A stretch of DNA of 64,000 bases from contig CAWUVN010000031.1 in the NCBI GenBank assembly GCA_963925995.1, positions 8,683 to 72,682 of the forward strand, in the 5' to 3' direction. Positions 39,281 through 48,349 of the stretch are shown here, piece by piece; positions within the stretch are counted from its first letter, which is position 1, and every line of letters begins with the position of its first letter. This DNA is from an uncultured Pseudomonadales bacterium (GTDB taxonomy: Bacteria > Pseudomonadota > Gammaproteobacteria > Pseudomonadales > Porticoccaceae). The notes below the pieces were generated by a model, which did not search any database, had not been told where the DNA came from, and saw nothing but the letters and a program-made list of their open reading frames with translations. The position numbers and the translations under genes are program-made.

Positions 39281-40696
39281 ATGATTCCTGTTATCGCCCT
39301 TGTGGGCCGACCCAATGTTGGTAAATCTACACTCTTTAATCGACTCACACGCAGTCGCGACGCGCTGGTGGCCAACTATTCTGGCCTGACTCGCGATCGC
39401 AAGTACGGCGATGGTGAAATGTTCGACCGGCGTTTTATGGTGATTGATACCGGTGGTATCAGTGGTGAAGAAGAAGGCATTGATGTGGGCATGGCCGAGC
39501 AGTCGCTGCTGGCCATGGATGAAGCGGATATCGTACTGTTTATTGTCGACTGCCGGTCGGGCATTATTGGTGCAGACTATATGATCGCCGAGAAGCTGCG
39601 CCAGAAGAATCGCAAGGTCTATCTGGTGGCGAACAAAATTGATGGTTTGGACCCCGCTGAGGCGTTAGCTGATTTTTATCAGCTCGGTTTCTCCGGTATG
39701 TTCCCAACCACGGCTACCCATGGTCGCGGTGTTAAGTCGATGATGGAAGAGTTGCTGGAGCCCTATCCAGAATACGTTGAGCCTGATAATAGTGGTTTAA
39801 ACGGCATTAAGATCGGTATTGTTGGCCGCCCCAATGTGGGTAAGTCGACGTTGGTCAATCGCCTACTCGGTGAAGACCGGGTAGTGGTTTACGATGAGGC
39901 GGGTACTACTCGTGATAGTGTTTATATCGATTATGAACGTCATGGTAAAAACTATACGTTGATAGACACTGCGGGTATCCGCAAGCGTAAAAACATTAAG
40001 TTGGCGATCGAGAAATTTTCGATTGTTAAGACCTTGCAGGCTATTGATGACGCCAATGTAGTAGTGTTGATGGTCGATGCTCAGGAAGGGCTAGTAGAGC
40101 AGGATATGCACCTAATGGGTTCAGTGATTGATGCTGGTCGCGGTCTAGTGGTTGGGATTAATAAGTGGGATGGTCTAGATCCGGAAAAGCGCGAGAAGAT
40201 TAAGGCGGATATTAAGCGTCGTCTGCGTTTTGCCGAGTTTGCCGATGTGCATTTTATTTCGGCTCTTCACGGTACTGGTGTGGGCAATCTCTATGACTCC
40301 ATTGAAAATGCTTACCGTGCGGCTACAGATGCGCTGAGTACTTCGCGTCTAACTAAAGTGCTTGAAGGCGCGGTGGAAGAGCACCAGCCACCGATGGTCC
40401 ACGGCCGTAGAATCAAATTGCGGTTTGCCCATGCTGGTGGTCGCAATCCTCCAGTGATTATTATTCACGGTAATCAGACCGATTCTGTGCCTGCGCAGTA
40501 CACCCGTTATCTGGAGAAGATTTTCCGTCGTGAGTTGGGTTTGCACGGTACGCCGGTCAAGGTTGAGTTCCGTACTTCGGAGAACCCTTATAGCAAGGCT
40601 AAGCCGGATACCAAACCGACCTTTAAGAGCAAGCCGGTGACTAAGTTTAGCAAACGCAACGAAGCGAAAAACCCTAAGAATACTAAAAAGCGCTAA
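39281..40696 (+). CDS. der: ribosome biogenesis GTPase Der (EngA)
   Basis: Two G domains (GRPNVGKST twice), a KH-like domain and a Lys-rich tail. Confidence 0.96.
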   Translation: MIPVIALVGRPNVGKSTLFNRLTRSRDALVANYSGLTRDRKYGDGEMFDRRFMVIDTGGISGEEEGIDVGMAEQSLLAMDEADIVLFIVDCRSGIIGADYMIAEKLRQKNRKVYLVANKIDGLDPAEALADFYQLGFSGMFPTTATHGRGVKSMMEELLEPYPEYVEPDNSGLNGIKIGIVGRPNVGKSTLVNRLLGEDRVVVYDEAGTTRDSVYIDYERHGKNYTLIDTAGIRKRKNIKLAIEKFSIVKTLQAIDDANVVVLMVDAQEGLVEQDMHLMGSVIDAGRGLVVGINKWDGLDPEKREKIKADIKRRLRFAEFADVHFISALHGTGVGNLYDSIENAYRAATDALSTSRLTKVLEGAVEEHQPPMVHGRRIKLRFAHAGGRNPPVIIIHGNQTDSVPAQYTRYLEKIFRRELGLHGTPVKVEFRTSENPYSKAKPDTKPTFKSKPVTKFSKRNEAKNPKNTKKR

Positions 40697-40718
40697 TTCA
40701 GGCGAAGCCTTAATTAGC

Positions 40719-40917
40719 GTCCTGAGCCGCGCAGCGGAGAAGGACCCCGTCCGTGAAACTCGCAGCGGAGAAGGACCTCTAACACCCCGCATGATCTCCC
40801 CATGAAGCACCGTCATCCCAGCGAAGGCTGGGACCTGTCTCTATCACTGCATACTATAATAATGGGTTAACAGCGAGGTTCTAGAGGTCCCAGCCTTCGC
40901 TCGGATGACGGTGCTTC
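40719..40917. repeat. REP-like repeat block: two direct GCAGCGGAGAAGGACC units and a 33-nt inverted repeat
   Basis: Direct units lie at 40719-40746 and 40759-40777. The inverted-repeat arms at 40804-40836 and 40885-40917 are complementary at 32/33 positions, and each arm carries a gtcatcccagcgaaggctggga unit. Confidence 0.9.
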
Positions 40918-40976
40918 GTGGATATAATGGCGCTTCGCTGAGATATGCTTTGTTAATATGACGAGGTTGCCGAGCC

Positions 40977-42323
40977 CTAAAGCCTTTTATCAGTTGTTTT
41001 AATCACGCTAAAGCAAATCTCTCCATCCACCATCTGACTTTTCAGTTTATCACCATCACTAACCCCCACCACAGACTTAACCACAGCACCGCGATCATCA
41101 CGAATAATCGAGTAACCACGCCCAAGAGTTTTTAGCGGACTCACCGTATCCAGCAGATGCATAGCCTGGGCAGTTTTATTCTTCTTCGTCTCAAGGTGCT
41201 GAGCAATACCCCGCGACATTCGCTTAAGGTACTCAGTCACCAACTGCTGACGGTTAACAATGGCATCGGCTGGGTGCACTCGCGACAATTTACCCTGCAC
41301 ATTATCCATCTGGTAACGCTGTTGCTGTAACTTGCTGCTGATAGCGCGGCGCAGGCGGATATCCAGATGATCCAGGTGTTGTGCCTGTTCCTGCAGTTTA
41401 CGACCCGGGTGTTGCAGGCGTTTGTGTAGATTGGTGATCTGTTGACGAAGCTGCTGGGTTGTTCTGGCCATAGCTTCGGCTAGCAGTACTTCAAAGCCCT
41501 CAAACTGGTTGAGCATATCCTCACCATCCGGGCTGATCATTTCAGCGGCGACAGAGGGTGTAGGTGCACGCAGATCGGCGACAAAGTCAGCGATGGTAAA
41601 ATCAATCTCATGGCCAACCGCGCTAATAATCGGAATCTCGCTGGCGAAAATAGCCCTGGCCACCGACTCTTCATTAAACGGCCAGAGGTCTTCTAGCGAA
41701 CCGCCGCCGCGACCGACAATTAATGCATCACATTGCGTTTCTTGGGCTGTATTGATCGCCTCAACGATTTGGCCTGCAGCTTGTGCACCCTGAACAGCGG
41801 TGGGTAATATACTTACCCGAATGGATGGAAAGCGCCGTTTAAGCACTGAGAGAATATCTTTTACTGCAGCACCAGTGGGCGAGGTAATAATCCCTACATG
41901 ACTCACAGACTCGGGCATTAGTTGCTTATGGGCAGTCTCAAATAAACCCTCACTGGCAAGTTTCTGTTTAAGCTCATCAAACTGACGTTGCAGCGCGCCA
42001 AACCCGGCTTCTTCCATATGCTCAATAATCAGCTGATAGTCGCCGCGGCCCTCATAGATTCCCACTCGGCCACGCACCAATACTTGGGTGCCATTGACGG
42101 GTTTAAAGTTGACCCGCATATTGCTGTTGCGAAACATCGCACAGCGCACCTGAGCCTGACCGTCTTTAAGGGTTAGATACCAGTGCCCAGAGGCGGGGCG
42201 GGCAAAGTTGGATATCTCGCCTTCCACCCAGAGCATGGGTAGACGGGTTTCGAGCAGTTGGCGAACGCTTCTATTGAGTTCGCTAACGCTAAATATTTGA
42301 CGGTCGCCGGTATTTAAATTCAT
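40977..42323 (-). CDS. xseA: exodeoxyribonuclease VII large subunit
   Basis: FSVSELNRSVRQLLE N-terminus and RGGGS motif. 448 aa. Divergent from guaB as in E. coli. Confidence 0.95.
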   Translation of the reverse strand: MNLNTGDRQIFSVSELNRSVRQLLETRLPMLWVEGEISNFARPASGHWYLTLKDGQAQVRCAMFRNSNMRVNFKPVNGTQVLVRGRVGIYEGRGDYQLIIEHMEEAGFGALQRQFDELKQKLASEGLFETAHKQLMPESVSHVGIITSPTGAAVKDILSVLKRRFPSIRVSILPTAVQGAQAAGQIVEAINTAQETQCDALIVGRGGGSLEDLWPFNEESVARAIFASEIPIISAVGHEIDFTIADFVADLRAPTPSVAAEMISPDGEDMLNQFEGFEVLLAEAMARTTQQLRQQITNLHKRLQHPGRKLQEQAQHLDHLDIRLRRAISSKLQQQRYQMDNVQGKLSRVHPADAIVNRQQLVTEYLKRMSRGIAQHLETKKNKTAQAMHLLDTVSPLKTLGRGYSIIRDDRGAVVKSVVGVSDGDKLKSQMVDGEICFSVIKTTDKRL

Positions 42324-42476
42324 GCTGCCATTGTAGTGATAAAAGTGCGGCTATATAAGCAGTTTTAGCCTCCAAGCTAGAGCTGGATGGCGGATAAATA
42401 GTTGTTTCCTTACATCGGTGGCTGATTTATAATGCGCCGCTTACTTTTTAAACCCTCATTGAGGTAAGCGTCCCTT

Positions 42477-43952
42477 ATGTTACGCATTTCTCACGAAGCT
42501 CTAACCTTTGACGATGTACTTCTGGTACCCGGCTATTCAGAGGTTACTGCGAAAGATGTTACTACAAGCTCTCAGCTGACTCGTGGTATTACCATGAATA
42601 TCCCACTGGTCTCAGCGGCTATGGATACAGTTACTGAATCTCGTCTGGCAATTGCTATTGCTCAAGAAGGCGGGGTGGGTATTGTTCACAAGAGCATGAC
42701 TATCGAACAGCAGGCTAAAGAAGTCTGGGCGGTTAAAAAATACGAAAGTGGCGTGGTTAAAAACCCGTTTACTCTTCAGGGAACTGCCACCTTAGCTGAT
42801 CTTCACGCCTTTACTGAAGCCAATAATATCTCCGGTGTACCTATTCTGGATAAAAATAATCTAGTCGGTATTGTCACTCGTCGTGATGTCCGTTTTGCCA
42901 CAGATATGACCGCTTCAGTGACTTCAGTGATGACACCGAAAGAGCGTTTGGTGACCGTTAAAGAGGGTGCAGAGCCCGATGAAGTGCGCGCTTTACTACA
43001 CAAAAACCGTATTGAGAAAGTATTGGTTATTAATGATGACTTTGAGCTTAAAGGTCTGATTACCGTAACCGATATTGATAAAGCCGAGCAGTACCCCAAT
43101 GCCTGTAAAGACGATCAGGGCCGACTGCGTGTTGGTGCTTCGATTGGTGTTGGTGAAGGTACCGCCGAGAGAATTCGTGCGCTGGTAGCTGCCGGTGTCG
43201 ATGTGTTGGTGGTTGATACTGCTCATGGCCATTCTAAGAATGTACTCGATCGCGTGCGCTGGATTAAGGATAACTATCCTGAAGTTCAGGTTATCGGTGG
43301 TAATGTGGCAACTGGTGAGGGCGCTAAAGCCCTAGCTGATGCCGGTGCCGATGGCGTAAAGGTTGGTATTGGTCCAGGTTCAATCTGTACCACCAGAATT
43401 GTCACCGGTATTGGTGTTCCACAGGTCACAGCTATTGCCAGTGCTGTTGAAGCGCTTAAAGGCACAGGTGTCCCAGTGATTGCCGATGGTGGTATCCGCT
43501 ACTCTGGCGATATGTCTAAGGCGATTGTTGCCGGTGCTAGTGCAGTGATGATGGGTTCCATGCTTGCCGGTACTGAAGAGGCACCGGGCGAGATTGAAAT
43601 CTATCAGGGTCGCTCTTACAAATCCTATCGCGGTATGGGCTCTCTGGGTGCCATGGCGCGTAATCAGGGTTCCAGTGATCGCTATTTCCAAGATGCCAAT
43701 GCAGGTGCTGAGAAGCTGGTTCCTGAGGGTATTGAAGGACGTGTTCCCTACAAAGGGCCAGTATCGGCGATTATTCACCAGATGTTGGGTGGTTTGCGTT
43801 CAGCGATGGGCTACACCGGTTGTACCACTATGGAACAGATGCGCACTGAACCAGAATTTGTGCGGGTGACTTCTGCAGGTATGGGCGAGAGCCATGTGCA
43901 CGATGTGCAGATTACCAAAGAAGCTCCCAATTATCCGGCCGGTGGTCGTTAA
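42477..43952 (+). CDS. guaB: IMP dehydrogenase
   Basis: [14 protein letters not shown], the [11 protein letters not shown] active site, and a CBS pair. Confidence 0.97.
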   Translation: MLRISHEALTFDDVLLVPGYSEVTAKDVTTSSQLTRGITMNIPLVSAAMDTVTESRLAIAIAQEGGVGIVHKSMTIEQQAKEVWAVKKYESGVVKNPFTLQGTATLADLHAFTEANNISGVPILDKNNLVGIVTRRDVRFATDMTASVTSVMTPKERLVTVKEGAEPDEVRALLHKNRIEKVLVINDDFELKGLITVTDIDKAEQYPNACKDDQGRLRVGASIGVGEGTAERIRALVAAGVDVLVVDTAHGHSKNVLDRVRWIKDNYPEVQVIGGNVATGEGAKALADAGADGVKVGIGPGSICTTRIVTGIGVPQVTAIASAVEALKGTGVPVIADGGIRYSGDMSKAIVAGASAVMMGSMLAGTEEAPGEIEIYQGRSYKSYRGMGSLGAMARNQGSSDRYFQDANAGAEKLVPEGIEGRVPYKGPVSAIIHQMLGGLRSAMGYTGCTTMEQMRTEPEFVRVTSAGMGESHVHDVQITKEAPNYPAGGR

Positions 43953-44048
43953 GGTCGTTTTTTAAAAATCGCGTTAGCGCTTTTTACACATGTTATGGGG
44001 GGTTGTGCTGTGAGTGCAGCCCTCTTTTTGTTTTTATAGGATCAAGTA

Positions 44049-45626
44049 ATGTCTGATATTCATTCGCAAAAAATTCTTATTCTCGATTTTGGTTCACAGT
44101 ACACACAGCTGATTGCGCGTCGTATTCGCGAGATTGGTGTGTTCTCCGAAATTCGCGCCTGGGATATCAGCGAAGAAGAAATTCGTGAGTTTAACCCCCG
44201 CGGCATTATTCTTTCCGGTGGCCCCGAGTCAGTAACTGGTGGTGCCACTGCACCCCGTGCACCAGACTGCGTATTCACAATGGGTCTGCCTGTGCTGGGT
44301 ATTTGTTATGGCATGCAAACCATGGCTAGCCAGCTGGGTGGTCGTGTCGAGAGTTCCGCAGTGCACGAATTTGGTTATGCACAGATTAAAGTTGAGTCGG
44401 CGAATACACTGTTACAGGACATTAAAGATCACATAGGCAGTGACGGCGAGTCCCTGCTCGATGTCTGGATGAGTCACGGTGACAAGGTTACCGCTATGCC
44501 AGAAGGCTTTGAATTGATGGCTTCGACGCCGTCTTGCCCCATTGCCGGCATGGTCAATGAAGAGAAGAAATTATACGGTATTCAGTTCCATCCAGAAGTG
44601 ACTCACACCCTTCAGGGTGAGCGTATGTTCCAACACTTTGCACTACAGATCTGTGGCTGTGAAGCGCTGTGGACAGCGGCTGCGATTATCGAAGACCAGA
44701 TCGCACGAGTACGCGAGCAGGTCGGTGATAGCCATGTATTACTAGGTTTGTCAGGCGGCGTTGATTCCTCTGTAGTTGCGGCACTGCTGCACAAAGCGAT
44801 CGGTGATCAGCTCACCTGTGTTTTTGTCGACAATGGTTTGTTGCGCAAAAATGAAGGCGATGCGGTGATGGAAATGTTCGCCAAAAATATGGGCGTAAAA
44901 GTGATTCGCGCCAATGCGCAGGATAAATTCCTGAATGGCTTGGTGGGTATTAGTGATCCAGAGAAAAAGCGTAAAGTCATTGGTAATACCTTTATCGAAG
45001 TGTTCGATGAAGAATCGCAGAAAATTGATAATGTAAAATTCCTCGCCCAGGGTACGATCTACCCTGATGTGATCGAGTCTGCCGCCTCTAAAACCGGCAA
45101 GGCACATGTGATTAAGTCACACCACAATGTTGGCGGTCTGCCAGATCATATGCTCCTGAAATTGGTTGAGCCACTGCGCGAACTATTTAAAGACGAAGTA
45201 CGCAAAATTGGTGTTGAGCTGGGGCTACCCTACGATATGGTATACCGTCATCCGTTCCCTGGCCCTGGCCTGGGTGTACGTATTCTCGGTGAAGTTAAAA
45301 AAGAGTATGCAGATATTCTTCGTGAAGCCGATGCAATCTTCCTTGAAGAGCTGCATAACTTTGGTTGGTATCAAAAGACCAGTCAGGCCTTTGCGGTATT
45401 CCTGCCGGTTAAGTCTGTGGGTGTGGTCGGTGATGCGCGTCGCTATGAATGGGTGATTGCACTGCGCGCTGTCGAGACTATCGACTTTATGACCGCCCGC
45501 TGGGCGCACCTGCCTTACGAGTTGCTGGAGAAGGTTTCCAATCGCATTATTAATGAGATTCCCAATGTATCTCGGGTTGCTTACGATGTTTCGAGCAAGC
45601 CGCCGGCGACGATTGAGTGGGAATAA
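44049..45626 (+). CDS. guaA: GMP synthase (glutamine-hydrolysing)
   Basis: [17 protein letters not shown], the [10 protein letters not shown]-loop, and a C-terminal PPATIEWE. Confidence 0.97.
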   Translation: MSDIHSQKILILDFGSQYTQLIARRIREIGVFSEIRAWDISEEEIREFNPRGIILSGGPESVTGGATAPRAPDCVFTMGLPVLGICYGMQTMASQLGGRVESSAVHEFGYAQIKVESANTLLQDIKDHIGSDGESLLDVWMSHGDKVTAMPEGFELMASTPSCPIAGMVNEEKKLYGIQFHPEVTHTLQGERMFQHFALQICGCEALWTAAAIIEDQIARVREQVGDSHVLLGLSGGVDSSVVAALLHKAIGDQLTCVFVDNGLLRKNEGDAVMEMFAKNMGVKVIRANAQDKFLNGLVGISDPEKKRKVIGNTFIEVFDEESQKIDNVKFLAQGTIYPDVIESAASKTGKAHVIKSHHNVGGLPDHMLLKLVEPLRELFKDEVRKIGVELGLPYDMVYRHPFPGPGLGVRILGEVKKEYADILREADAIFLEELHNFGWYQKTSQAFAVFLPVKSVGVVGDARRYEWVIALRAVETIDFMTARWAHLPYELLEKVSNRIINEIPNVSRVAYDVSSKPPATIEWE

Positions 45627-45674
45627 TTCCCCGTTACCCCAGCTTTCAGTAGCCGCACTCAGCCCCTTAAAAGC

Positions 45675-45736
45675 GTTACCTCGCGAAGGAACGCCACCTC
45701 ATAAAGGAACGTCACCCCAGCCTTCGCTGGAATGAC
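45675..45736. repeat. GTCAT-family palindromic units (degenerate)
   Basis: gttacctcgcgaaggaac (45675-45692) and an inverted gtcaccccagccttcgctggaatgac (45711-45736). Confidence 0.7.
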
Positions 45737-45796
45737 GATGGATTCGTTCTTAAGATAAATCCCATGTTAACTTATCGAATAATTTAGGTGCCCGCT

Positions 45797-46972
45797 GTGT
45801 TTTTGAAACCCTCTATGTTTAATAATTTCGCACTTGTTACTGTTGTTTTATCAAGCATGTTGTCTGCATCATGCTCGAATAAAGCACCTAAAAATGTAAC
45901 CAGTAATCCCGAATCAATTTCTAATACCAATGCGAACTACTGTCCGGCCGGATCTGAAAATATAAAACTGGATCTGGCAAATATAGCCCTTACCCGCGAA
46001 GAAAATATTCCGCTTATGTATCAGGGCTATAACAATATTGAGGGCCCTGTATGGCATAAGGGCGCTTTGTATTACTCGAATATGGGTAGCCATCAGCCAG
46101 ATGAAAATGGTTTTGAGTTGAGCAATCAAACGACCATCTGGCGTTGGGTTATCGGCGAGAAACCACAGGTCTGGATTGAAGATACGATTGCAGGCACCAA
46201 TGGTTTAGCCTTAGATAGCAAAGGCAATCTGATCGGAGCACGTCAGCTAGACGGCTCTCTTTCTTATATTGATTGGCAAACTAAACAGGTCACACCGATT
46301 GTGACGTCTTTTCAAGGCAAGCGCTTTAACTCACCAAATGACTTAACCATTGCCGATGATGATACGGTTTATTTCACTGACCCTAATTGGAATACCCCCT
46401 CAAATATTCATCCAGATACAGTTCAAGGGGGTGGATGGCCAGGTTCAACAGAGCCAGGGCAGCGTGTTTACCGTGTGACTGCTGATGGTGAAGTAACTGC
46501 CACGGCTGTTACTGAACTTGTACCGGCGCTGCGTGACAAGCCAAACGGCATTATATTGTCGTTTGATCAACAGCAGATTATTGTTGCTGGGTTACGGGGG
46601 CTTTGGGCATTTGACCTAATTGCAGATGAGGTATCAAATCCACAAAAATTACTCGATAGTCCTATTGATGGCTTGGGTAAAGATTGCAGTGGCAATATTT
46701 ATGTCACAACCACTCGAGAGTTGCCGGCCAGAACCGACGGGCAGGTGGTAGTCGTTTTAGACAAAAACTATCAAGAAATCGGAGAGCTAAACGTTGAAGG
46801 CATCCATATTGTGACTAATGTCGCTTTTGGTGGAGACGAGGGTAAAACCTTATTTGTCACTGGTTTAACTGCGCCGATGGACGGTGACAAGCTACGTCTC
46901 TGTGGTGATGTGCCCTGTCTAGCAGCGGGTATTTATACCGCCAAGTTGAATGTGCAGGGTTTTCCGTATTAG
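45797..46972 (+). CDS. SMP-30/gluconolactonase/LRE-like beta-propeller protein, exported (start uncertain)
   Basis: Signal sequence and lactonase-family motifs (FNSPNDL, PNGI). The GTG at 45797 follows AGGTG by 6 nt. Alternative starts are 45788 and 45815. Confidence 0.7.
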   Translation: MFLKPSMFNNFALVTVVLSSMLSASCSNKAPKNVTSNPESISNTNANYCPAGSENIKLDLANIALTREENIPLMYQGYNNIEGPVWHKGALYYSNMGSHQPDENGFELSNQTTIWRWVIGEKPQVWIEDTIAGTNGLALDSKGNLIGARQLDGSLSYIDWQTKQVTPIVTSFQGKRFNSPNDLTIADDDTVYFTDPNWNTPSNIHPDTVQGGGWPGSTEPGQRVYRVTADGEVTATAVTELVPALRDKPNGIILSFDQQQIIVAGLRGLWAFDLIADEVSNPQKLLDSPIDGLGKDCSGNIYVTTTRELPARTDGQVVVVLDKNYQEIGELNVEGIHIVTNVAFGGDEGKTLFVTGLTAPMDGDKLRLCGDVPCLAAGIYTAKLNVQGFPY

Positions 46973-47093
46973 TTTTAATCCAGCATTTGTCTCCAAGATA
47001 AAGCTAGTTCTAACAGCCCAAGTGGAATTATTCCGCTTGGATTGGAAGAGATGTTAGTCTAGATAAAAATAATAACCATCAGGGGAGAAACGT

Positions 47094-48230
47094 ATGTCAG
47101 AGCAGACTTCAAAACAGATTAGATCAATGGTCACCAGCGATGGGAATATAGAAATCTCAATCGCCACTGTAGAAATTCCAACACCTTCAGAAAACGAAGT
47201 TTTAGTCAAAATAGAAGCCTCTCCCATTAATCCCTCAGACCTTGGTCTTCTGGTTAGCTTTGCCGCTGATTTTGATAGCCTCAGCGTTACCGGTTCCGGT
47301 GATGGGACTGCGGCAAAAATGAAGATAAACCCTGCGTTAATGGGCGCTTTAAAGGGCAGGGTGGGCCAATCGATGCCGATTGGTAATGAGGGCGCTGGGG
47401 TGGTTGTAGATGCCGGCGCTAATGCCAAAGGGCTGATAGGCAAGACGGTGGGTGTTGCTGGGGGTGCTATGTATTCTCAATACAGATGCCTTCCGGCTAC
47501 TAGCTGTTTGGTTATGAATGAGGGTACAAGCTCTGCTGAAGCCGCCTCTTCATTTGTGAATCCGCTAACCGCTCTGGCCTTTGTTGAAACCATGAAAATG
47601 GAGGGTCACAGTGCCTTACTGAATACAGCAGCCGCCTCAAATCTGGGTCAGATGCTGGTTAAAATTTGTCGAGACGACTCGATTCCTCTGGTTAATATTG
47701 TTAGAAAAGCCGAACAGGTAGATGTACTTAAGAAGCTGGGTGCGGAGTATATTTGCAACACCAGTGAGCCCACTTTTATGCAAGACCTGGTGGCTGCACT
47801 GGTGGCTACTGGCGCTACCATAGGGTTTGATGCCACAGGTGGTGGTAATGGAGGCAAGTTGCCTGGGCAGATTCTAGCTGCAATGGAAGTTGCGGCTAAT
47901 AAAGCTGCGACTGAATACTCTGTGTATGGCTCAGACACATTCAAGCAAGTGTATATATATGGTGGGCTAGACCAGACACCGACGGTTTTAAATCGATCAT
48001 TTGGCATGCAGTGGGGACTGGGCGGCTGGCTGTTAATGCCGATGATTGGTCGAATTGGCATGGAAAAATTTATGCAGATGCGCCAGCGTGTGGCCAGTGA
48101 GATTAAAACTACGTTCGCCAGTCATTACACTCAAGAGATTTCCTTCGAGGAAATGCTGCAGCCGGAAATCCTTAAAAGCTATGCCAAACAAGTCACAGGT
48201 GAAAAGTACTTAGTGAACCCGCATAAATAA
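47094..48230 (+). CDS. medium-chain (zinc-type/quinone oxidoreductase-like) dehydrogenase/reductase family protein
   Basis: MDR-like N-terminal GroES-fold segment (VLVKIEASPINPSD) and a Rossmann segment. GGGGAG RBS. Confidence 0.7.
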   Translation: MSEQTSKQIRSMVTSDGNIEISIATVEIPTPSENEVLVKIEASPINPSDLGLLVSFAADFDSLSVTGSGDGTAAKMKINPALMGALKGRVGQSMPIGNEGAGVVVDAGANAKGLIGKTVGVAGGAMYSQYRCLPATSCLVMNEGTSSAEAASSFVNPLTALAFVETMKMEGHSALLNTAAASNLGQMLVKICRDDSIPLVNIVRKAEQVDVLKKLGAEYICNTSEPTFMQDLVAALVATGATIGFDATGGGNGGKLPGQILAAMEVAANKAATEYSVYGSDTFKQVYIYGGLDQTPTVLNRSFGMQWGLGGWLLMPMIGRIGMEKFMQMRQRVASEIKTTFASHYTQEISFEEMLQPEILKSYAKQVTGEKYLVNPHK

Positions 48231-48255
48231 GAGCTAGGGTGAAAAGTCAGTAAAG

Positions 48256-48287
48256 AAAAAGGGGTGCCAATTGGCACCCCTTTTTTT
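48256..48287. terminator. bidirectional intrinsic terminator
   Basis: aaaaa + ggggtgccaattggcacccc + ttttttt. A second hairpin, ggccagtattttcacactggcc (48298-48319), faces the TonB receptor gene. Confidence 0.85.
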
Positions 48288-48349
48288 GTATCTTAAAGGC
48301 CAGTATTTTCACACTGGCCTTAGCTTCCAATTAACTCATTGAGAGTTGC

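Noticed and set aside
40349-40816. 155-aa minus-strand ORF
   Set aside because: It is antisense to the 3' end of der and continues through the repeat block. It has an Arg-rich, low-complexity composition and no RBS.
47054-47443. 129-aa minus-strand ORF
   Set aside because: It is antisense to the 5' part of the MDR dehydrogenase gene and spans that gene's RBS. It has no support of its own.
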